Part shown: piece after piece, positions 57,401 through 64,000 of the stretch
How positions within the stretch are numbered: position 1 is the first letter of the stretch
How the letters are laid out: each line of letters begins with the position of its first letter
From: an uncultured Planctomycetaceae bacterium
GTDB taxonomy: Bacteria; Planctomycetota; Planctomycetia; Planctomycetales; Planctomycetaceae
Reading direction: 5' to 3'
DNA: 64,000 nucleotides
Assembly: GCA_963813715.1 (NCBI GenBank)
Contig: CAWFAK010000005.1
Span: 32,001 to 96,000, forward strand
Program-made: the position numbers and the translations under genes
Notes under the pieces: model-generated
The model's database searches: none
Seen by the model: only the letters and a program-made list of their open reading frames with translations
Told to the model about the DNA's origin: nothing

Positions 57401-58183
57401 CGAGGCCAGGAAGGTGACCCCCTGGTGGCCGGTCGGCGTCTGGAAGTATTGGTCTTCGGAAGTCTCGCCGGAGAATTCGCCTTCGCCCCAGCTGTTGGAG
57501 ATCACGGAGACGCCGGGCCAACCGGCGGCGGTGACTTCGGCCTGGTCCATGTCCGGGTCGTTGGCCGTGGTCGACTCGAACAGGATGACGTTGGCCTCCG
57601 GCGCCATCGAGTGCACCCACTGCACGTCGAGTGATTCCTCGAGGTCCCAGTCGCCGACTGTCGTGTTGGTGTTCATCGGCAGCGTCGTGCCGCCGTTTTC
57701 GTTCAGCACCTGAAACGTCGGACCGCCGGAGTTGAATTGCGGCAAGCCGAATCGCGTGTTGAAGGTGGCCGTGTCGGAGACGATGTTCGGATCATTGTAG
57801 GCGTCGACGATGGCGATCGTCTGTCCGGCGCCGTTGCCGACAATTCCGTTGAAGGAAATCAGGTTCACGCCGTAGGCCGTCTGCACCTGCGACGGCGTGT
57901 AAGGCGCCGAGGCGTTGTCGGGCGAATTCGTGGGCTTCACGCTTCCAGGAGCCGCGACGCGGCCCAGGTTGATCAACGTCGGCACGGCGATGCCGGCGGC
58001 GGTGGCGGAAACGGCCGCCGAGAGCATTTGCCGCCCTTCGAGTTCCTCGACGGTCGGTCCGCAGCAAATCGGACCAGGAATGAATGCCGTGTCTCGTCGG
58101 CTGCGTCGACTCAGGTGCCGCTTGAACCGGACAGGCTTGGACCCGATTTTGCGCGAAATCGTGAGCCGCCTAGAAAACAACAT
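54437..58183 (-). CDS. Secreted S53 peptidase with 6 Ig/cadherin-like repeats
   Basis: LEGRQMLS leader; EESLDVQW, ASAGDS, GGTSLSSP, YDLVTGLGTP; C-terminal QLAGFAAAMQVLAG. Confidence 0.88.
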   Translation of the reverse strand: MLFSRRLTISRKIGSKPVRFKRHLSRRSRRDTAFIPGPICCGPTVEELEGRQMLSAAVSATAAGIAVPTLINLGRVAAPGSVKPTNSPDNASAPYTPSQVQTAYGVNLISFNGIVGNGAGQTIAIVDAYNDPNIVSDTATFNTRFGLPQFNSGGPTFQVLNENGGTTLPMNTNTTVGDWDLEESLDVQWVHSMAPEANVILFESTTANDPDMDQAEVTAAGWPGVSVISNSWGEGEFSGETSEDQYFQTPTGHQGVTFLASAGDSGSPAGYPAYSPYVVSVGGTNLQIQNSGTYISESVWNDNNGWATGGGISTQEALPYYQDNLDGINGSSTTNRNVPDVSADADPDSGVYVYDTWNEGQGGGYFQVGGTSLSSPLWAGMIGIVNQGRALAGESTLNGYTQTLPMLYSLPSSDFHDVTTGSNGTYSAAPGYDLVTGLGTPVANLLVPALAGYGSTAPAVSNPSTLNVAENGSATLSTANSDAITLTDPFSAGAADSLTLSVSDGTLTLGSTTGLTFTSGTNGSSSFTVSGTIANLNADLDSSGLTYQPTTYYSGADSLLVSLTDPGESLTGSSSVSITVAPIAPTFTAPSTASVAENGSLVFSTGNGNLISLTDDGLGFGADSVSLSVSHGTLTLGTTNGLVFSSGSNDSAAFTVKGTVANLNAALVGTTYQPTTNYAGSDTLALSVSDPTDNKTGSGSVAITVSALAPTIAAPVSASLTENGSLAFSTGNGNAISLADANPGSDSLTLAVAHGKLTLSTTSGLTFTSGSNGSATFTVSGTVGNLNAALNGLTYQPTAAYTGSDTLAISLQDPGDGQSASKNVSLSINSLPAPTITAPATASVLVNNSLIFSSSAISVADSAAGSSSDTLTLSVAHGTITLSTISGLTFTAGSNGSASFTVTGAVTSLNAALNNLTYTPTTSYTGSDSLAISLLDPGDSESASKSVAITVNANSPPTVSAPGSATVPENGSLVFSSGNSNPISVADAGPGSGSDSLQLTVSHGTVTLSTISGLTITAGANGSSTVTVTGSITNLNAALAGLTYKPTSNYTGADSLAVAINDSADHLSGSASVSINVSGSAPPSISAPTSVRSTVGGTTTFSAAKGDAISIADGSAGSSTEELTIKATSGILQLASTTGITFISGANGSASMTIEGTLANLNLALNGMTYTLQAKAATITLAYTDLATNQSVTANITVSSSTILQAGAPAGPASSSVPSANSLSTSTLPPDSETQLAGFAAAMQVLAG

Positions 58184-58242
58184 CCCCAGACTCCTGCAAC
58201 AGGTGCGCGATTCGGGCGGAAAAGCGAGAGGAAACACGGCCC

Positions 58243-58317
58243 GACGGTGCCGGCCCAGCGCCCGTCTGAAGAAATGAAAGGCGTCGCTAGTTTCGCCGAC
58301 GGCGAGGCAGAGATCAA
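58243..58317 (-). promoter_or_regulatory. Promoter (TTGATC-N17-GAAACT) and 5'-UTR hairpin GACGGGCGC-TGGGCC-GGCACCGTC of S53 gene 3
   Basis: Conserved across the paralogs. Confidence 0.6.
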
Positions 58318-58458
58318 GACTTAACGCGCGTCACTTATCCAAAATCCGCGCAGCACAATTAGTCCCCGTCAAAGTCCCCCGGCATCGGTCCCCACGGATG
58401 GTCTCGCGACCACGTCAGACACCCAAGCTGGGCGACTTCGGGCCGGGTGCTCGTGCGT

Positions 58459-61400
58459 TTAGACTTCGGAGTCGGGCGGGATGGAACTCGTTGCGGGGCC
58501 AGTTGTTGTGTTTGACGACGGCGAATTTCCCAGGGTCGTATTCCCGAAGAGGGTCACCGTGGTGGAGGACGTTCCCTGCCCTCCCGTCACCAGGTTGGTG
58601 TAGACCATCCCGATCGTCTGACTCTTTCCCGTGAGCGTATACGTCAGCGTGGCAAGGGCGGCGTTGAGGTTGGCCAGCGTTCCCTGGACGACCATCTGCA
58701 TCGAGTTGTTGGCACCTGACACAAAAGTCAGCCCGGTGGTCTTGCTCAGGTTCAGTGTGCCCCCCGAGTCCTTGATCAGGAGCTGTTGCACGCCAGTCCC
58801 GGCGCTCGGGTCCGTGATGCTGACCGCGTCGGTCCCGGTGAAGCTCACCGCGTCGGATCTCGTCAAGATGGCCGTGGGCGCCTTGATGGCCGGCGCCGTG
58901 CTGCCGGTGACACTTAACGTGACGTTGGCGGAAGCCGACTGCCCATCGGACGAATCCTTGATCGCCACCGACAGCGTGTCGGGACCTGTGTAGCCGGTCG
59001 ACGGCTGATAGACCAAGCCGTTCAAGGCCGCGTTGAGATTGACCAGCGAACCGGTGACAGTGATCGTGGTCGAGCCGTTCGCTCCCGAGGTGACGGTCAA
59101 CCCCGTGGTGCTTGCCAGCGTCACCGTGCCGTGGGAAACGGTGAGCGTCAGCAAGTCGGAACCGTTCCCGGGACCACTGTCGGCCACCGAGACGGCATTG
59201 TCGGTGGCCGGCTCGAAGACCAGCTCTCCGTTCTCACTGACCACGGCGCCGCTGGGAGCCGTGATCGTCGGGGGCAAGAACGCGGTAATCGTCAGGGCCA
59301 CACTGGTCGACGCCGACTCATTGTCTCCCGAATCGGAAATCCCAATCGAGATTGCAGCGGCACCCGAGTAACCGGACGTGGGACGATAGATCAGACCGTT
59401 GAGCGCGGCATTGAGGTTGGCAAGCGTGCCGGCCACGGTGAACGAGGCCGTGCCGTTGGTCCCGGCCGTAAAGGTGAGCCCTGTCGTGGAGGCCAAGGTC
59501 AACGTGCCGTGAGTGGCGGTGAGCGTTAGCGAGTCGGTGTTGGCGCCGATCCCCGTGTCGGCGACGGCAATCACATTGCCGTTCGTCGCGGAGAAGGTCA
59601 GCGATCCGTTTTCGGCGAGAGCGGCCGTGGCGGGCGCGGTGACGCTCGGCGGAGCCAGGCCGACAATGCTCAGCGACACGTTCGCGGAAGCGGACTTGTT
59701 ATCGCCCGTATCGGTGATCGTGATCGCCAGCGTGTCGGCGCCGGTGTAGCCCGATATCGGCTGGTAGGTCACGCCGTTGAGGGCCGCATCCAAGTTGGTG
59801 ACGGTTCCGCTCACGGTCATCGAGGCGGAGTCGTTGCTGCCGGCCGTGATCGTCAAGCCGGTCGTGCTGGCCAAGGTCAGCGTGCCGTGCTGCACCGAGA
59901 GCGCCAGCGAATCGGTGCCCGGATTGGCATCACTAACGGTAATGCCGTTGCCGTGGGAACTCGCGAAGGGCAGCGCGGTGTTCTCATTCAGCGAGGCGCT
60001 CGACGGAGCTGTGATCGTCGGAGCCAGAGCATTGACAGTCAGCGCGACCGACGCGGAACCCGACTTGCCGTCATTCGAGTCCACCACCGAGATCGACAGC
60101 GTGTCCGAACCGGCAAAACCGGTCGCCGGCTGATAAGTCAAACCGTTGATGGCGGCGTTGAAGTTCGCCACCGTCCCCTTCACGCTGAACGAAGAGGAGC
60201 CGTTGAAGCCGCTGACGAACACCAGTCCGTTGGTCGAACCAAGGGTCAAGATGCCGCTGGAGACGGACAGCATCTCCGTATCGGCGCTGGTGCCGGCGCC
60301 GTTGTCCGTCAGGGTGATCGGGTAGCTGCTGGTTGTCGAGAAGGTGAGCGTGCCGTTCTCGATGACGGCGGCCGTTATTGGCGCGCTGATCCCCGGAGCG
60401 GCGATCGCGTTGATGGTCAGCGCAACGCTGCTGGTGGCCGACAGGCCGTCCCCCGGATCGCGGAGCAACACGGTCAACGTGTCCCCACCGGTGTAACTGA
60501 AGTTGGGCTGGTAGCTCAGGCCATCGAGGGCGGCGTTGAGATTGCCGATCGGCCCGCTGACGGTGAACGAGTTGGAGCCGTTGGTGCCGCTGGTGAAAGT
60601 CAGGCCGGTTGTCGCTCCCAGCGTCAGGGTGCCGTTTGCCGCGGAGACGGTCATCGAATCGGAGCCGCTCGCGCCGAGGTCAGTCACGCTAATCTCGTTG
60701 CCGAAAGCCGAGGAGAAGGTGAGGGCCGTATTCACGGTCGTGCTGCCGGTCGACGGACCGCTCACGGTGGGTAGAGCCTTCACGCTGAGCGAGACGGAGG
60801 TCGCGGAGGACTTGCTGTCCGCCAGGTTGGTAATCGTCAGGGACAGCCCATCAGAGCCGAAGTAATTAGCCGTGGGCTGGTAGATCAGGCCGTCGAGCGC
60901 CATGTTGAGGTTGCTGAGCGAGCCGGTCACGGTGAACGAACTTGTGCCGTTCGTGCCCGACGTGAAGGTCAAGCCGAAGGTCGTGTGCAACGAGAGCGTG
61001 CCGTGCGTGACAGAGAGCGCCAGCGCATCGCCGCCAGCGTTGACGTCGCTGACGGAAATCGAGTTGCCGTTCCCCGTCGAGAAGACGAGCGACTGGTTGG
61101 CCCCGACGATGGCCGAACTCGGCGCAGAAACCAGCGGCGCCAAGGCGTTGACGATCAGCGAAACGGTCGTGCCGCCGGAGAGATTGTCCGCCTGGTCCTG
61201 GTCCGAGAGGCTCAGCGTGTCGGTGCCGTAGAATCCCGCGGTCGGCGTATATGTGAGGCTGGCCAGATCGGCGTTGAGGTTCGGCAGCAGGCCGGTCAGG
61301 ACGACGGTCGCGCTGTTGTTTCCCGTCACCGTCAGCCCGGTCGTCGTTGCCAGATCGAGCGTGCCGTCGCCGACCGACAGCGTCAGCTGCTCGTCCGAAC

Positions 61401-64000
61401 CGCTCACGTCGCCTACGGTGATCGCATTGCCGGCAGTAAAGGTCACACTGCCGTTTTCGGCGACGCTAATGCCGCCGGTGGGAGCCGTGATGGTGGGAGA
61501 CACCGGCACCACGGTGATTGACACGGTGGTCGTTCCCGTCAGACTGTTGCCGGTATCCGTGTCGGACAGCGACAGCACGTCGGGGCCGAGGTAGCCGGAC
61601 GTCGGCGTGTAGGTGAGGGTCGCCAGGTCACTGTTCAGGTTGGACAGCGAGCCGGTCAGCGTGAGCGAGGTGGAACCGTTGCCGACGACCGTCAGTCCGG
61701 TCATCGTCCCCAGAGTAAGGGTGCCGTTGGTCACCGAGAGGACCAGTTGTTCGGCCGTCCCACTGGGATCGACGACGCTGATCGCGTTGCCCCCGCTCAA
61801 CGTCAGGCTGCCGTTCTCGTTGACCGTCACGCCTGTGGGGACTTTGAACGTCGGCGCGACCGGGGTAATCGTGATCGAGACGCTGGCCGAGTTGATCAAC
61901 TCGTCGGTCGTGTCCTTCACGGAGAGCGACAGCGTGTCGGCGCCCAGGTAACCGGTGGTCGGCGTGTAGACGAGCGTGGGCAAGTCGTTATTGAAATTGG
62001 TCAGCGAACCGGTCAGGGTCAGCGTTTTCGTGCCGGCTCCGGACACCGTGAGGCCCGCCGTGGTGGTCAGGTTGAGCGTGCCATTGCTCACAGTGAGCAC
62101 CAGCTGCTCGGCCGTGCCGCTGGTGTCCGCAAGGCTGATCGCATTCTGCCCGTTGAAGACGAGAGTGCCGTTCTCGTTAACGCTGACGGCCAAGGGCGCG
62201 GTGATGGTCGGAGCGAACGCGGTGTTCGAGAACGGGTTGGAGGCGATACCGTCCGCGATGACGACAATCGTGAACGGGTCGTTGCCGATGGCGGCCGGCA
62301 GCACGACGTTGGCCGTTTCGGGCGTGCTGCCGGTGGCGACGCCGACCGAGCTCCAATCTGAGGTCGTCGCGTAGTAAACGGTCCCCGTGCTGGTGTCGAC
62401 CACCCGCACGATGGGATAGTTCTCCGCCATCTGGTTGTCGTCGCCGTAGGACGCCCCTTCGTCGAGTCCGTTGAGCTGCGTTCCCGTCAGCGTGTAGTCG
62501 TTGCCACTCTGCTGCGTGAAGCTGGTGATGGTCGGTTGCCAGGACGCCTGCGGACTCCCGTTGGGCGTGTAGACGGCGAGCTGATTGTTGTCGTCGGTCA
62601 GCAGCAGCTGTCCCGTCGGCAGGATGAGGAACGTATTGATAAAGCTGTTACTGTCACTGAGGAACGGATCGACGGTCGCCGAGGGCGTAATGTTCGTCCA
62701 GACGTCGGCCGTCGTGTTGAGGTCGTAGATATAGGTCGGCCCCGGGAATTGTTCCTCCCCGGTGTTGTCGATGTAGACCGCGGGCGAAAGCGCCAGCACG
62801 ACGTCCCCATTGGGCAGGATGGCGCCCGGCGCGTCGCCTGTCGTAAGCTGCGTCATGACGCCGTTGATCATGACAGAGGGCATCGTCGGGCCCTGCGTCC
62901 AGGAGTTCGTGCCTGGATTGTAGAGCGCGGTCGTGCCGTTGGTTCCAGTGAAGAGCGCGTCTCCATTGGCCAGCAGAAGCGCGGGGCCCAACTCATAACC
63001 CGTGCCCTCCGTCGAGAGCAGGGGAATCGTGCCGACCGTGCTGCTGGCGTCGGACCAGGTATTCGTGCTGGGGTTATACAGCTCGGCCTCGAACTTGTTG
63101 TCGGTGATGCTCGAGAAGAGGTCGTAGGTGAGGATGTCGCCGTTGGCCAGCTTCACCCACGCCTCCTCGTCGCTCTGGTCGTTGTGGACCTTGGTGCCGC
63201 CCGCGCTCCACGCATTCGTGGTTGGGTCGTAAATCTCGGTGCCGTTGTCTTCGATGTCGCCCACGAGGACGTTGCCATCCGGCAGGAGCTCGGTCGGTTC
63301 GTCCCCGACAATCGACTTCGGACTGCTCGCCACCATCGTCCACTTGCTGGTGACCGGATTGTAGATTTCGGCGGAATTCGAGAAATTCTCGTCGGTCGCA
63401 TACTCGCCGCCCACGACGAAGACTTCGCCGTTAGGCAGCACGGTGGACCCGAAATAAAGACGTCCGACATTCATCGAGCCCGCCACCGTCCAGGTCCCGT
63501 CGACGTAGCTGCCGGTGCTGTCGGGCGTGACCAGATACCAACTGGTAGAAGGGCCGTTGCCGCCGCCTCCATGCACGAAGAGTTGACCGTTGGGAAGCAA
63601 AAGACTCAACTGGCCCGCGTCCCCCTGCGGAACCGCGTTCGACATGGCGGTCCAGTTCTGCGACACCGGCGCGATGACGGTCAGCGGCACGGTCTTCGAC
63701 GCCGATTGGTTCGTCCCCGGATCCAGCAACGTCACCGACAGCGTATCGCCGCCCAAGTAATTGGTCGCCGGCTGAAAGGTCAGCCCGTTGAGGGCGGCGT
63801 CCAGGTTGGTGACCGTTCCGCTCACCGTGAACGAAGCCGAATTGTCGGTGCCGCTCGTGAAGGTGAGACCGTTGGTCGTCGCCAGGCTCAACGTCCCATG
63901 CAACACGGCAAGGGAGAGCGAGTCGGCATTGGTGCCGGCACTCGTGTCCGTGACATCGATGGCGTTGTTGTCGGCCGTGGAAAACGTCAGCAAGTTGTTT
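58459..64000 (-). CDS. Giant secreted repeat protein with Kelch-type beta-propeller domain and at least 11 Ig/cadherin-like repeats (5' end outside window)
   Basis: Kelch blades (LPNGEVFVVGGE..AEIYNPVTSKWT, LPDGNVL..EIYDPTTNAWS, LANGDIL..ELYNPSTNTWS, LANGDAL..LYNPGTNSWT); 10 repeats after the propeller and at least 1 before it; the frame is open to the window edge. Confidence 0.85.
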   Translation of the reverse strand, partial: NNLLTFSTADNNAIDVTDTSAGTNADSLSLAVLHGTLSLATTNGLTFTSGTDNSASFTVSGTVTNLDAALNGLTFQPATNYLGGDTLSVTLLDPGTNQSASKTVPLTVIAPVSQNWTAMSNAVPQGDAGQLSLLLPNGQLFVHGGGGNGPSTSWYLVTPDSTGSYVDGTWTVAGSMNVGRLYFGSTVLPNGEVFVVGGEYATDENFSNSAEIYNPVTSKWTMVASSPKSIVGDEPTELLPDGNVLVGDIEDNGTEIYDPTTNAWSAGGTKVHNDQSDEEAWVKLANGDILTYDLFSSITDNKFEAELYNPSTNTWSDASSTVGTIPLLSTEGTGYELGPALLLANGDALFTGTNGTTALYNPGTNSWTQGPTMPSVMINGVMTQLTTGDAPGAILPNGDVVLALSPAVYIDNTGEEQFPGPTYIYDLNTTADVWTNITPSATVDPFLSDSNSFINTFLILPTGQLLLTDDNNQLAVYTPNGSPQASWQPTITSFTQQSGNDYTLTGTQLNGLDEGASYGDDNQMAENYPIVRVVDTSTGTVYYATTSDWSSVGVATGSTPETANVVLPAAIGNDPFTIVVIADGIASNPFSNTAFAPTITAPLAVSVNENGTLVFNGQNAISLADTSGTAEQLVLTVSNGTLNLTTTAGLTVSGAGTKTLTLTGSLTNFNNDLPTLVYTPTTGYLGADTLSLSVKDTTDELINSASVSITITPVAPTFKVPTGVTVNENGSLTLSGGNAISVVDPSGTAEQLVLSVTNGTLTLGTMTGLTVVGNGSTSLTLTGSLSNLNSDLATLTYTPTSGYLGPDVLSLSDTDTGNSLTGTTTVSITVVPVSPTITAPTGGISVAENGSVTFTAGNAITVGDVSGSDEQLTLSVGDGTLDLATTTGLTVTGNNSATVVLTGLLPNLNADLASLTYTPTAGFYGTDTLSLSDQDQADNLSGGTTVSLIVNALAPLVSAPSSAIVGANQSLVFSTGNGNSISVSDVNAGGDALALSVTHGTLSLHTTFGLTFTSGTNGTSSFTVTGSLSNLNMALDGLIYQPTANYFGSDGLSLTITNLADSKSSATSVSLSVKALPTVSGPSTGSTTVNTALTFSSAFGNEISVTDLGASGSDSMTVSAANGTLTLGATTGLTFTSGTNGSNSFTVSGPIGNLNAALDGLSYQPNFSYTGGDTLTVLLRDPGDGLSATSSVALTINAIAAPGISAPITAAVIENGTLTFSTTSSYPITLTDNGAGTSADTEMLSVSSGILTLGSTNGLVFVSGFNGSSSFSVKGTVANFNAAINGLTYQPATGFAGSDTLSISVVDSNDGKSGSASVALTVNALAPTITAPSSASLNENTALPFASSHGNGITVSDANPGTDSLALSVQHGTLTLASTTGLTITAGSNDSASMTVSGTVTNLDAALNGVTYQPISGYTGADTLAITITDTGDNKSASANVSLSIVGLAPPSVTAPATAALAENGSLTFSATNGNVIAVADTGIGANTDSLTLTATHGTLTLASTTGLTFTAGTNGTASFTVAGTLANLNAALNGLIYRPTSGYSGAAAISIGISDSGDNESASTSVALTITAFLPPTITAPSGAVVSENGELVFEPATDNAVSVADSGPGNGSDLLTLTVSHGTVTLASTTGLTVTSGANGSTTITVTGSLVNLNAALNGLVYQPSTGYTGPDTLSVAIKDSSDGQSASANVTLSVTGSTAPAIKAPTAILTRSDAVSFTGTDAVSITDPSAGTGVQQLLIKDSGGTLNLSKTTGLTFVSGANNSMQMVVQGTLANLNAALATLTYTLTGKSQTIGMVYTNLVTGGQGTSSTTVTLFGNTTLGNSPSSNTTTGPATSSIPPDSEV

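Noticed and set aside
46975..62374. Many recurring + strand ORFs of ~110-120 aa (MRAALRL..)
   Set aside because: These are antisense shadows of the repeat domains, a by-product of high GC and repeated codon patterns.
46740..64000. CRISPR array or DGR-like repeats
   Set aside because: The repeats are ~350-bp degenerate coding units; there is no identical short repeat-spacer pattern and no cas or reverse transcriptase gene.

Overview
High-GC bacterial DNA, very likely from a planctomycete. The inference rests on LE-x-RQMLS export leaders, Tat substrates, a sulfatase and planctomycete-type large secreted proteins. Many single-base indels split genes and look like long-read assembly errors. (1) 1-20.8 kb, + strand: a 16-gene glycogen-mobilisation and pentose-phosphate cluster (flavoprotein disulfide reductase, gnd, zwf, pgl remnant, ndh, glgP, SHB17-like phosphatase, pgm, malQ, tal, pgi, rpe, rpiB, tkt, hexose-6-P mutarotase, glgX). 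(2) 21.2-23.8 kb: a large serine recombinase with three extra C-terminal HTH repeats, followed by a UUCG hairpin; this may be an island boundary. (3) 24.6-46.7 kb: mixed accessory genes, namely a YjbR protein, an IorAB-type molybdoenzyme with mocA/xdhC, mug, a cNMP-thioredoxin-reductase-like protein plus an orphan PTS enzyme I, a Tat-DUF1330-haloalkane dehalogenase fusion, an arylsulfatase, a stand-alone Thr-specific A-T-TE NRPS-like enzyme, ogt, ada-alkA, a lipoprotein and a Met-rich multicopper oxidase. (4) 46.7-64 kb, - strand: a tandem array of four giant secreted Ig/cadherin-like repeat proteins, three carrying S53 sedolisin domains and one a Kelch propeller (partial). The three S53 genes share a 17-bp-spacer promoter, a covarying 5'-UTR hairpin with a UGGGCC loop, an N-terminal PxCCGP..LExRQMLS leader and a C-terminal Q(W/L)AGF amphipathic motif. 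This array is the best candidate for an undescribed secretion/anchoring and regulatory system. No rRNA, tRNA or CRISPR array was seen.
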